Shown piece after piece: positions 22,298 through 31,603 of a stretch of 64,000 nt of DNA; position 1 is the first letter of the stretch, and each line of letters starts with the position of its first letter. The notes beneath the pieces are model-generated. The model was not told the origin of the DNA. It ran no database searches and saw nothing but the letters and a program-made list of their open reading frames with translations. The stretch spans positions 900 to 64,899 of the forward strand of contig CANDRW010000005.1 in the NCBI GenBank assembly GCA_947388675.1. The letters run 5' to 3'. Made by a program: the position numbers and the translations under genes. The DNA is from an uncultured Clostridium sp. (GTDB lineage: Bacteria; Bacillota; Clostridia; TANB77; CAG-508).

Positions 22298-22766
22298 AGT
22301 ACAAAATAAAATTGTAAAATTATTATGGGATTTCAATTCTTTAAGAGAAGAACATATTAAGAAAATATTAGGCTGTAAAGGAGATAGCATAGGCTCTCTG
22401 GTGGCAAAAAACATAATAGTTAGAGAAAACAATGGTATTGTTAGGCACAAATTAAAAGAAATAAATAATAGAAATGTAGCTGCATTTGATGTAGTCATGG
22501 ATTATCTTGATAGAGATCCAGAGATTATAAAAGGAAAGTATCCAGCTAATGTAACAATGAAAACAAAACATACTATTTATGATATTATTGCAGTTAAAGA
22601 TGAAGAATTTGAAAAAATATGTAAAGATATTGATACTGTTTCAACAGCGGATAAATTAATTATCATTATTGAAACAAAAGAATATAAAAAAAGAAAGATT
22701 AACACTACAAAACCATGCTATATATGTACATTCCCACCATTAGAAATAGTAGATAGCATTAATTAA
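22281..22766 (+). CDS. Hypothetical protein
   Basis: ORF that overlaps the stop of the upstream gene. Confidence 0.4.
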   Translation: MMQVNEVQNKIVKLLWDFNSLREEHIKKILGCKGDSIGSLVAKNIIVRENNGIVRHKLKEINNRNVAAFDVVMDYLDRDPEIIKGKYPANVTMKTKHTIYDIIAVKDEEFEKICKDIDTVSTADKLIIIIETKEYKKRKINTTKPCYICTFPPLEIVDSIN

Positions 22767-22848
22767 TGGAAAGAAGAAAGTTGGTTCAATCTGACTTTCT
22801 TTTTTCAATTTTTTATGATAATATAGAAAGGAAAAGAGGGAAAGCAAA

Positions 22849-23106
22849 ATGACAATGAAACAGATAACAGAGTATTTAGATAAAAAAATAGAAGAAAACG
22901 AAAATTTTATTAAAATTACATTTTATGAACTTAGAGTAAAATTAAATCTAACTCAAGAAGAAACAAATAAAATGTTAGAATTGGCGAAAACTAGGTTAGA
23001 GAATATGAATTATAAAGTATATTTTACAAATGAAAAATTTGCATATCAAAATATGATATTAACAGTAAAACAAAATGAATTAATGATAGCAATAAAGAAA
23101 TTGTAG
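22849..23106 (+). CDS. Hypothetical protein
   Basis: ORF with an RBS. Confidence 0.4.
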   Translation: MTMKQITEYLDKKIEENENFIKITFYELRVKLNLTQEETNKMLELAKTRLENMNYKVYFTNEKFAYQNMILTVKQNELMIAIKKL

Positions 23107-23112
23107 GAGGCA

Positions 23113-23334
23113 ATGAAAGTGAGTAGACAAATCGTAAAGCAAAATGTTGAGAAGTTATTGATTAGTAATAAGGCAATAGAAAAATTAAAGGAAAATGAAA
23201 TTATGAATATTAGTCAGCTATGCGAGAAAAGTAAGATAGAATTAAGAAAGATGGGAATATGCTTCAAAGATGTTCGTGATATTGAGATGAGCTTACAACT
23301 TGCAGGACTAAATTTAAAAAATAGTAATAATTAA
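23113..23334 (+). CDS. Small helix-hairpin-helix protein (RpoA C-terminal-domain-like, tentative)
   Basis: NISQLCEKSKIELRKMGICFKDVRDIEMSLQLAGLNLK resembles the alpha-CTD HhH. Confidence 0.35.
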   Translation: MKVSRQIVKQNVEKLLISNKAIEKLKENEIMNISQLCEKSKIELRKMGICFKDVRDIEMSLQLAGLNLKNSNN

Positions 23335-23351
23335 GTAGAATAAGGAGAACT

Positions 23352-23516
23352 ATGAAATTAAAAAGATTTGATGTTATAGAATTAAAAGATGAAACTAAAG
23401 CTATAGTATTAGAAACTACTAACACTATATGCAAAGTAAAGAATGTAGATATATCAAAAGATATACTAGAAATAGACAAAGGAGATATTAAAAAAATACT
23501 TTATCAAAAGGAATAG
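23352..23516 (+). CDS. Small hypothetical protein (54 aa, below the track cut-off)
   Basis: AAGGAG RBS 5 nt upstream of the ATG, with a terminator hairpin after the stop. Confidence 0.35.
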   Translation: MKLKRFDVIELKDETKAIVLETTNTICKVKNVDISKDILEIDKGDIKKILYQKE

Positions 23517-23533
23517 ATAAATTAATAGGGGAG

Positions 23534-23701
23534 TTAGCTTAGGCTAGCTCCCTTTTCACTCATATATTTTATTTGAATCGTTAAATACTTATCAAGCAAT
23601 TGACTCTGTTTGAGAATTTTTTCATAAGGTGCGTTGTTTTCAATTAACCTTTCTAATTTAGATTTATTTTTTAAGGTCAGCAAAATTATTTTATAATCCA
23701 T
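23534..23701 (-). CDS. Spo0E-family aspartyl-phosphate phosphatase-like protein (55 aa, not in the ORF track)
   Basis: Translated by hand as MDYKIILLTLKNKSKLERLIENNAPYEKILKQSQLLDKYLTIQIKYMSEKGASLS. SQLLDKYL matches the family's SQELDxLI motif. A GGGAG RBS is present. Confidence 0.5.
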   Translation of the reverse strand: MDYKIILLTLKNKSKLERLIENNAPYEKILKQSQLLDKYLTIQIKYMSEKGASLS

Positions 23702-23873
23702 AAAAATCAACTCCCTTCTAATATTATTGTACCAAATTTACATGAAAAAGTGTGTCGAAGTTTGTCGACTACAAGAAAAAAGTTTGATTTTATAGAATAT
23801 TTTAGTGTTATATGTTATGATAACAAGTGAAGTAAGTTATTGTCGAGATTAAAATTTGTAATAGGAGTGTTTT

Positions 23874-24158
23874 ATGAAAAAGAAAGTATTAATAACAGTA
23901 GGAATTTTATTTTTTATTTATATTATATTTATGACCGTAGATTGTATTAGGCTAGGAGACTTACCAAATGGTAGTCCAAGTAAACAACCATTAATAACAA
24001 TTAGTATGAGAGAATATGAAGACGATTTTGGATATGGAACTGAATATATTGGATTAGGATATTCTATAAAATATTATAGGCCGAATAATTCAATGGGATA
24101 TAAAGCAGAAGTAAATCTATTTAATATAATTCCAATAACTGGGTATGAAGTACAATAG
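23874..24158 (+). CDS. Membrane-anchored small secreted protein (EYxGLGY family; paralog of 29064)
   Basis: N-terminal TM helix. The shared motif TEYIGLGYSIKYY parallels TEYFGLGYKVIDF in the 29064 gene. Confidence 0.5.
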   Translation: MKKKVLITVGILFFIYIIFMTVDCIRLGDLPNGSPSKQPLITISMREYEDDFGYGTEYIGLGYSIKYYRPNNSMGYKAEVNLFNIIPITGYEVQ

Positions 24159-24207
24159 TATATTGTATTTCATAAGAATAAATAGTCGAATATAGGGGGA
24201 GTGTTTT

Positions 24208-24985
24208 ATGGACAATAAAGACGAATGGAAGGAATTAGAACAATGGGAAGAAAATAGAAAGATAGAAAATAAAGAAAAATTTGGTTTAGATTTCAATAAA
24301 ATAAACATGAAAAAGAAAGAGAAACGTATGAATATTTTTGCGAAAGTTCTAAATACCATAGGAAAAACAGGGCTAGTTGTCTTTACTTTAATTTCACTAA
24401 TTTTGGCATTTTCAGTATTTATGCTTATTAATGTGAATTTTTCTAATATAAAGACAAGAGCAAATATAGATGTAGAGATTGTTTTAGATAAGTATCATAT
24501 AAAAGCTAAGATTATTGAAAAAGAGATAGATGAACATGAAAATGGAAAATATATATTTGAATTAAAAAATAATAAAGAAATTAAATTTACTGTAATAAAA
24601 AAAATGGGGAGCACTATCAGAAGATTTTAAAGCCAACTATCAAAAGTGCATTTTTGATAGTTGGAATGATGATATAAAAACTAATTTTAAAATAAAAGAA
24701 AATATTGATGAAAATGGACTTTTGAATTATGAAAATTTTATAGAAATACAAAATGAAGAAGAATTAGATAGAGCAACTGAATATTTAATAGCATTTCTAG
24801 AGTATTCAGAAAAATGGAATAAGGAAAATAAAATTGTTGAAATTCAATGGCAAAAAGATGGTCAATTCATAGTTCCAATAGAAATATATATAAAAATGCA
24901 AGAGAAAATAATTTATCCATATAATACTATGTATCAAACAGCAGATGAAATAAGAAATGAAGTTAAAAGAATATATAAACAATAA
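24208..24985 (+). CDS. Membrane protein apparently split by a +1 frame change inside an A8 tract (24597-24604)
   Basis: The 24208 ORF ends shortly after the A-run. The +1 frame reads ...FTVIKK-WGALSEDFKANYQKCIFDSWNDD... continuously into the 24722 ORF, whose listed start is only a TTG. Confidence 0.45.
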
Positions 24986-25027
24986 AATTAGATAAGAGAT
25001 ATTTACAATTTATAAGTAAATACAAAT

Positions 25028-25056
25028 TTGCTAAAAACTGGAAAATATGCTATAAT
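25028..25056 (+). promoter_or_regulatory. Sigma-A type promoter
   Basis: TTGCTA, a 17-nt spacer, then TATAAT. Confidence 0.5.
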
Positions 25057-25069
25057 ATAGACATATAAT

Positions 25070-25152
25070 TGTAAAAGAGCAAAATAAACGAAAGTTTATG
25101 ACGCAAAACCATAGGTCTAAAAGCAGTTATGCTTATGATAGCTAGGTTGCAC
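25070..25152 (+). promoter_or_regulatory. Candidate c-di-GMP-I (GEMM-I) riboswitch
   Basis: GAGCAAAA, then the hairpin taaac-GAAA-gttta (GNRA loop), then GACGCAAAACC-ATAGGTCTAAAAGC ... GATAGCTAGGTTGC. This parallels the GEMM-I core (GCAAAcc..GAAA..GACGCAAAGCc..GGxCUAA...GGUAGGUAGC..GUUaCC) as I remember it. Confidence 0.5.
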
Positions 25153-25174
25153 AGAAGATAAGGAGATGGTAAAT

Positions 25175-25849
25175 ATGAATAAGGAAAAAATGAAGAAAGG
25201 TCTGAAAATTGTTCTCATAGTTGTATTTATAATTTTTATGTTATTTGTAATAAATACAATTAGAAAACTTATTATCGTAAAAGAACTACAAAAAAATGTT
25301 AGCCAATATATTTCTAGTACAAACTATCATATTAAATCCATATCAAATGAAGACAATGGAATTGTAATGATTTACAATTCTTATCAAAAAAACGATAAAA
25401 AGTTATTTGTAATGGAAAGAGTTGAAAATGGAAAAACAAATGCTAAAATATCAACATATGATAATGGAAAAGAAAAACACACATTTTGGGAAGCAGACGA
25501 AACTAAAAAAGCAAGTTTAGATTCTCATGTTATTATGATGATGAATTTGTATGACTATTTTGGTGGACAATCTAATATGCAATTAATATGTTCTTGCCTA
25601 GGTTCAAAGGTAGAAAGTGCAGAATATAAAGGAAAACAATGCTATAGAATAGGAAATTTTAGAAGCGGTAATTGGCTAGATGCTGCTTATGGTACTTCAG
25701 AAGTCTATATTGAAAAAGATACAGGATTAGTTCTGAAAATGAATTTTGGAACGATAGGTTCAGAAATAGAATATGAGTTTGACACAGTACAAGATGAAAT
25801 TTTTGTAGAACCAGATATTAGCCAATATACATTGACCGAAGATTTATAA
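25175..25849 (+). CDS. Membrane-anchored extracytoplasmic protein (unknown function)
   Basis: AAGGAG RBS 9 nt before the ATG at 25175 (the track start 25166 abuts the RBS). N-terminal TM helix. Confidence 0.5.
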   Translation: MNKEKMKKGLKIVLIVVFIIFMLFVINTIRKLIIVKELQKNVSQYISSTNYHIKSISNEDNGIVMIYNSYQKNDKKLFVMERVENGKTNAKISTYDNGKEKHTFWEADETKKASLDSHVIMMMNLYDYFGGQSNMQLICSCLGSKVESAEYKGKQCYRIGNFRSGNWLDAAYGTSEVYIEKDTGLVLKMNFGTIGSEIEYEFDTVQDEIFVEPDISQYTLTEDL

Positions 25850-25944
25850 AATGAAGTGAACAGATAATTAGCTAATTTGCTAATTGTCTGTTTTTATATT
25901 ATAATTGGAACAAGAGTTAGTAAGTTGTAAGGGAGATATATTTT

Positions 25945-26319
25945 ATGAAAAGAAAAAGAATTATTATAACAATTGTAATATGTTTTGTAATTTTATTAGG
26001 TGCTACAATATTTTCAATAGTCAAATTTGATGTTTGGAATCCATTTTCATCTTGCTTAGGTATGCTAGAGATTCTGTTTACAGATAAAGGATATACAATA
26101 GTACAAAATATTCCTAATAGAGTAGGATTTAGTAAAACATTAGATACCTCAAGTAAAAGTAGTGGACAATATTTAGACGAATATATGGGAAGCAGAGGTT
26201 TCCATTTAGAACCTGAAAAAGGACTAGGCGGAATGAAAGTATATAGTAATGGAAGTGAAGAGGAATCTATTGTAGTTTCGGGAAACAAATATTACTCAAA
26301 ATGGCACTGGAGTAAATAA
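25945..26319 (+). CDS. Membrane-anchored small protein
   Basis: N-terminal TM helix and a GGGAG RBS. Confidence 0.45.
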   Translation: MKRKRIIITIVICFVILLGATIFSIVKFDVWNPFSSCLGMLEILFTDKGYTIVQNIPNRVGFSKTLDTSSKSSGQYLDEYMGSRGFHLEPEKGLGGMKVYSNGSEEESIVVSGNKYYSKWHWSK

Positions 26320-26350
26320 TTGTGCATTAAATAGGCATATAAAAAGTAAA

Positions 26351-27298
26351 GTGGGTAGTAGTGATATGAAAGTGATAAATAAAGAAGAACTACATAGCAT
26401 TTTTCAAAAAATAGACAATAGAAATGAAGAAGATTTTAGTGAATTTTATAAAGAATATGGCTCACTAATATATAGCATAGCCTTTTCAATAGTAAAAAAT
26501 AAGGAAGATAGCGAAGATATTAAGCAAAAAGTATTTATTAAAATATGGAATATGAAAAAAGATAAGCTACCAACTGATAATGAATCAAGTTGGCTATATA
26601 CAGTAACGAAAAATGAAACCTTGAACTATTTAAGAGATAAGCAGCAGGAGATTAGTATAGAAGAACTATATTCGTTGTCTAAAGAAAATGAAGAAATCAA
26701 CAAAATAATAGATAAAGATAGTTATAATAGAATAATATCAAAGTTAAATATACAAGAGCAAGAAATTGTATCATTAAAAGTATTAGCAAATTTTTCATTT
26801 AAAGAAATATCACAAATGCTAAATGTACCAGTAGGTACAGTACAATGGAAATATTATAAATCTATATATGCTTTAAGAACGTGGATAGGCAATTTAATTA
26901 TTCTAATAACTTCTGTTTTAGGATTACATATAAGTAAAAATGCAAAAGGAAAACCTAACTTTGCTGAATCAATAGAACAAAATACGCAAGAAAATGTAAA
27001 CAAGATAGAAAATTCAAGCAATAGTGGTGCAAAGGGGGATAATGACGATAAGAGAGAGGATGCTATAATTACTCCAAGCCCAATAGAAGATGAAAAGGGT
27101 AAAAATGAAATGGCTGATACAAATACAATAAGGGAAAATGAAACAACACAAACTACTACAAAGCAAGAAATAGAAGAATATTCATACATACAAACAGGAT
27201 TAATTAGTATTGCTACAATATGTTTGATAATAACAATAACTTTTTCAATTATTTTAATAAAACACCAACAAAACAGACGAAAAAAAGTGTCTAAATAA
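26351..27298 (+). CDS. ECF-like sigma-70 factor fused to a TM/low-complexity/TM C-terminal extension
   Basis: Region 2-like DIKQKVFIKIWN...SWLYTVTKNETLNYLR. Region 4 reads LKVLANFSFKEISQMLNVPVGTVQWKYYKSIYALR. Two hydrophobic helices follow. Confidence 0.65.
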   Translation: MGSSDMKVINKEELHSIFQKIDNRNEEDFSEFYKEYGSLIYSIAFSIVKNKEDSEDIKQKVFIKIWNMKKDKLPTDNESSWLYTVTKNETLNYLRDKQQEISIEELYSLSKENEEINKIIDKDSYNRIISKLNIQEQEIVSLKVLANFSFKEISQMLNVPVGTVQWKYYKSIYALRTWIGNLIILITSVLGLHISKNAKGKPNFAESIEQNTQENVNKIENSSNSGAKGDNDDKREDAIITPSPIEDEKGKNEMADTNTIRENETTQTTTKQEIEEYSYIQTGLISIATICLIITITFSIILIKHQQNRRKKVSK

Positions 27299-27324
27299 TA
27301 GAAAGGTTAAAATGGTGGAAAATT

Positions 27325-28623
27325 ATGAAAGAAGTATGGAAAATTATAGTAGCGGTTATTATAGTGATATTGATAGTATTAGGAATGCTATATGTTATTG
27401 ACACGAGTAGAATGAAACAAAACAAACCAGTTTTATTTAGCACATGGGGAAGAGATTATGCCCCACCAGTAAAAGAAAATCATGAAAATAAAGATACCCA
27501 AGAGATAGAAGAATATTCAGAGAAAAAAGCAATTGATGAGGGATGGATTGTCATAACAAATGACAAGAAAGTTTATAATAAAGGCAATTTAGATAGGTTT
27601 ATCGAGAATACTGATATTAATGCAAAAAATAGAAAAGAAGATAGTATTAAAATTGTGCAATACACAAGAGAGGGAGATCCTATCATAACAGAGTTAAGTT
27701 ATAAGATAAAAGATGAGACCTATTTGTTTAAAGGAGAGCAAGTAAATGAAACTACCTATATTTTAAAAGTAGATAACACAAGAGATAGGTTCGCAGCAGA
27801 TAGAAAGATAACAATTGATGATGATATACCAGGACAGCATTTTGGAATAGTAGAAGAAAAAAGTGAAAAAGAGGTAACTATTCAATTAGCTTTATGTAGT
27901 ATCTTAGAATATGCGACAAAAGATGCAAAACAGTACAAAACGATTAATGTGTGTAGTTATCCAAAAGATAGTAAAATTATGCAAGAGTATCCATATTTCT
28001 ATGGAACAGTTATAGAATCTAATGCTAACAATATTATAGTTGAACCAAGAGAAGGAGAAAGTATAAGAAAGTCAGCAGACAAAATTTCGATAGACTTAGG
28101 AAAACATAGTGATGTAGTATATATGGTTGGTACTAATGTAAAAATAAATTATGATGGTTCTATAAAGGAGAGCTATCCAGCACAAGTAAAAGCAATTAAA
28201 ATTGAAGTGAAATCAGCTGAAAACTTTGAATTGAAGTTTTTTAAAAAATCTAATAGTGGTAGCAAAAGAGAAAAAATCTTAGACAAGTCAGAAACTAAAA
28301 AATTAGGCATCTACAGTTATGATTACAATATTTATAGCTATAGTTATGATTACAATATTTATAGCTATAATGGAACAGTAAATATTATAATAGACGGAAA
28401 AGAAACATCTTTAAGAGATGCCCTATTAGAAAATAGAATTACAATGAATGAAATTATTGCAAAAGCAAATAAGGACTTTCCGAATGCAGTATCTTATGAT
28501 GATGGCGGAAGTATAGAATATCACTACAAAGAATATACAATTATAAAAGTACACAAAATAGATGGAAATAGAGATGTATATATTGGAGAACCAAAATTAA
28601 ATATAAATGATTTGAAGTTATAG
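27325..28623 (+). CDS. Membrane-anchored extracytoplasmic protein
   Basis: N-terminal TM helix. The N-terminal layout (TM, then D-x-x-R-x-x-x-N-K-P) is shared with the 23874 and 29064 genes. Confidence 0.5.
   Translation: MKEVWKIIVAVIIVILIVLGMLYVIDTSRMKQNKPVLFSTWGRDYAPPVKENHENKDTQEIEEYSEKKAIDEGWIVITNDKKVYNKGNLDRFIENTDINAKNRKEDSIKIVQYTREGDPIITELSYKIKDETYLFKGEQVNETTYILKVDNTRDRFAADRKITIDDDIPGQHFGIVEEKSEKEVTIQLALCSILEYATKDAKQYKTINVCSYPKDSKIMQEYPYFYGTVIESNANNIIVEPREGESIRKSADKISIDLGKHSDVVYMVGTNVKINYDGSIKESYPAQVKAIKIEVKSAENFELKFFKKSNSGSKREKILDKSETKKLGIYSYDYNIYSYSYDYNIYSYNGTVNIIIDGKETSLRDALLENRITMNEIIAKANKDFPNAVSYDDGGSIEYHYKEYTIIKVHKIDGNRDVYIGEPKLNINDLKL
28315..28368 (+). repeat. Perfect tandem duplication of 27 bp inside the 27325 gene
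   Basis: agttatgattacaatatttatagctat occurs twice and encodes SYDYNIYSY twice. Confidence 0.9.
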
Positions 28624-28636
28624 ATGGGAGAAAATC

Positions 28637-29023
28637 ATGATTTTAGATATTTTAATAGCAGTAATACTAGTAGTAATTCTGATAGTATATTTAAAGAATA
28701 AAGGATTTGTAGTATCACTACCATATTTATTGATGTTTTTTATAACACCAATTTATAGTATATTAGATCAGAATATTTTTGTTAAAGTATTTGGATGTGG
28801 CTGTGTACCATCAGCACAAACTAATATGCTTAATATAGCTTTTAATGCAAATGATTTGAGGGTAGTTGTTTATACAGTTATTACAATGGCAATGGTAATA
28901 GTAGGAACAATTTTAGCAAAAAAGTGGGAAAACAAAAAAGAAAAAATGACATATATAATTACAATATTATTATTTAATAGTTTACTAACATTTGAAATCT
29001 GCAAAATAGCAATGTGGGCATAA
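28637..29023 (+). CDS. Four-TM membrane protein
   Basis: Hydrophobic ORF coupled to the upstream gene. Confidence 0.5.
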   Translation: MILDILIAVILVVILIVYLKNKGFVVSLPYLLMFFITPIYSILDQNIFVKVFGCGCVPSAQTNMLNIAFNANDLRVVVYTVITMAMVIVGTILAKKWENKKEKMTYIITILLFNSLLTFEICKIAMWA

Positions 29024-29063
29024 AGAATTATATTTGTAGTAGATAAAAAGGGAGTTGTTTCGA

Positions 29064-30121
29064 ATGAAAAAAGGATTAAGAATAGTAACAATTATTTTAG
29101 CAATTATAGTTATTTTAGGATTGATAACCTTTGGAGTAGATTATACAAGAGCTAAAGAAGGCAAGAACCCAATATTTTGTATCAAGCATCCAGGTGGAGT
29201 AATAATGGATGGAGGGACAACTGAATATTTTGGACTAGGTTATAAAGTTATTGATTTTCATACCCTAGCAGGATTTGATGATGTGAAAATTGGAACATGG
29301 GCTATGCAATATGAAGATTTTGAGGAAGAAATGAAATATTATGCAGAAAAATATGAAGAACGACTATGGAACGATAATATGGCAGCAACAATGAAAGCAG
29401 TCATCATAAAAGTATATGAAACTGGCTTAATGGTAATGCAAATTGATGAAGATAGATCAGAGGTAATTAGTTTAGGTATAAAAGAAGATATAGGTTTTAA
29501 AAAAGGGCAGGAATTGCTAATTCATTATAATGGGATGATATTAGAGTCTTATCCAGCGCAATTAGGAAATGTAGGAAAAATTGAAATTACAAAAGAGAAT
29601 AGTGATGTGGTGATACCAGATAATATTTTAAGAACTTTTTATAGTTTTCATGAGAAAGTTAATATAACTATATCAGAACTAACGAATATAGGGATTTCTT
29701 TAACTATTACAGATACAAATGAAATACCATATGACTTTGCACACAGTTATATAATAAATAAAAAAGTTAAAAATAAAGATTATACAGGTAAAGGACAAAA
29801 GATAGGTGAGGATACTGAAAACTCTGTAGCAGGATTTACTCGGAACAGGTTCTGAATATATATGGGAAGAGGTAAAAAGAATTTCTAACATTTCAAGTAA
29901 AGATACAGAAGAAACTTTAATATACAATATGCCTAATATGTCAGAAAATAAACAAATGAATGTAAGTGGCAGAAAATTTAATTGGTCTAAATTATATGGA
30001 AAATTAGACAAACGGAGAATATCAATTTATTTTGGCAGATGATGATTCGTCAATACTGACAATAAAATTTAAAATTGACGAAAATGGTAAAGTAACTCAT
30101 GATGAGCCTATGTTCGAATAA
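29064..30121 (+). CDS. Membrane-anchored extracytoplasmic protein (EYxGLGY family); needs +1 shifts at CGG 29841-29843 and 30013-30015
   Basis: GGGAG RBS plus ATG at 29064. With the shifts it reads ...VAGFT-G-TGSEYIWEEVKRISNISSKDTEE...WSKLYGKLDK-G-EYQFILADDDSSILTIKFKIDENGKVTHDEPMFE*. Confidence 0.55.
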
Positions 30122-30377
30122 TGAAAATATAAATTTTTAGGGCAAGTAGTTAGAACAGAAACTATTTGCCTTTTATAATATTATTAAAACTAAAGAATAG
30201 GAAAATTAAGTATAGATAGAAGAGAGATTTACTTATAAAATGTAGATATCTCATTTGAAAAAATGAAAGATACCATCAAACTGTAATTAAAAGAAGAGCT
30301 TTTAGGTAGTAAATATCAAAAAAATTGTTTATAAGGAATAAATAAAGGAACTAGGAGAGAAAAAATCTCTCCTAGTT

Positions 30378-30899
30378 AGTAAGCAGTGAGTGGCAAAATT
30401 AGTTTAGCCGTAAATCCAGATCCAGCAGTCAGCGGTTACACCATCAGGAATGTCCGTAAAGGTAAAGACATAATAGGAACCGCTGAAATGGAGCAAGTTG
30501 TTAAAGTAGTTTTCCTGGTTGGTTCGTACCGTTGCATCGTCAAGGACAATGCGATTACTTTCTTCGACGATGGTTAAACCAAACCGGAGATTCTGGGAAC
30601 AACTGATTTTAACAGTTGTTCCCAGACCACCAATACCACTTGCCTGAGCATCAACAACAATGTGCGGATGATCCTTGCTGATGACACCATAAGCATATCC
30701 ACTTATGGAACTTCTGGGAGTGACAGTCTCGGACGAAACATCGGAAACAGACGAAGCTGTATCCAATGTGTTAGCAGGAATCTCCGCCGCAAATGCGGGA
30801 ACAGAAAGTCCGAGTGTCATTGCCAAAGCGAGAAGCATAGAAATGAATTTTTTCATATAAAATACCTCCTAGTATGATGTATGCCACTCACTGCTTACT
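30378..30899. other. GC-rich 522-bp cassette bounded by perfect 18-bp inverted repeats
   Basis: agtaagcagtgagtggca (30378-30395) and its exact reverse complement tgccactcactgcttact (30882-30899). The two interior 60-nt lines I counted are 45% G+C, against 12% for a flanking line. Confidence 0.6.
30404..30856 (-). CDS. Secreted protein of unknown function (foreign codon usage)
   Basis: Signal peptide MKKFISMLLALAMTLGLSVPAFA/AE and an AGGAGG RBS. Codon usage is GC-rich and includes an ordinary in-frame CGG (..QNL-R-FGL..). Confidence 0.7.
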   Translation of the reverse strand: MKKFISMLLALAMTLGLSVPAFAAEIPANTLDTASSVSDVSSETVTPRSSISGYAYGVISKDHPHIVVDAQASGIGGLGTTVKISCSQNLRFGLTIVEESNRIVLDDATVRTNQENYFNNLLHFSGSYYVFTFTDIPDGVTADCWIWIYG

Positions 30900-31105
30900 T
30901 ATATAGGAAAAGGCTTTTGCCTTAACCTCAAAAAAATAATTGAATAACTATTAATTATATTTTACAATATAATAACTGAATTTAATCAAAAATATAATAA
31001 AAAGGTAAAAAAGATAATAAAAAAGTAAAAAAATAGAAAAATGAAATTTTGTAACAATTTTTAAGTTATAGTGTCTTAATATGTAGAAGGAGGAAATGAA
31101 TATGT

Positions 31106-31603
31106 ATGGATGAGATTTATAATAAATATTCTAAATTAGTCTATAATTATTTGTATTTTTTAACAGATAATAAAGAACTTGCAGAAGACCTAATGCAAGA
31201 TACTTTTTATAGTGCAATAAAGAATATAGGAAAGTTTAATTATAAATGCAAAATTAGTGTATGGCTTTGTCAAATAGCTAAAAATAAATACAAAAATACA
31301 TTAAGAAATGAGAAAAAGAAAGTTTTTATTCAGTGTTCCAATGAAATGCTTGAGGCTATAATTGATGAAAATTTAGAAAATGATGATGTGGAAAATGATA
31401 TTATTAGAAAAGAAGAAAAAGAAAAGGTATATGCGGCCCTTGAAAATCTAGAAGAACCTATTAGAGAACTTTTTTATCTGAGAATAAAATCAAATTTACC
31501 ATTTAAAAAAATAGCAAATATTTTAGGCAAAACAGAAGAGTGGACAAGAGTTAATTTTTATAGAACGAAACTTGAAATAAAGGAGAAATTGAATAATGAA
31601 TAA
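31106..31603 (+). CDS. ECF-type sigma-70 factor
   Basis: Region 2 reads AEDLMQDTFYSAIKNIGKF...SVWLCQIAKNKYKN. Region 4 reads LFYLRIKSNLPFKKIANILGKTEEWTRVNFYRTKLEIKE. Confidence 0.8.
   Translation: MDEIYNKYSKLVYNYLYFLTDNKELAEDLMQDTFYSAIKNIGKFNYKCKISVWLCQIAKNKYKNTLRNEKKKVFIQCSNEMLEAIIDENLENDDVENDIIRKEEKEKVYAALENLEEPIRELFYLRIKSNLPFKKIANILGKTEEWTRVNFYRTKLEIKEKLNNE

Noticed and set aside
30386-30877. Plus-strand ORFs 30386-30577 and 30662-30877 inside the GC-rich cassette.
   Set aside because: They are antisense shadows of the minus-strand gene, which has a signal peptide and a strong RBS.
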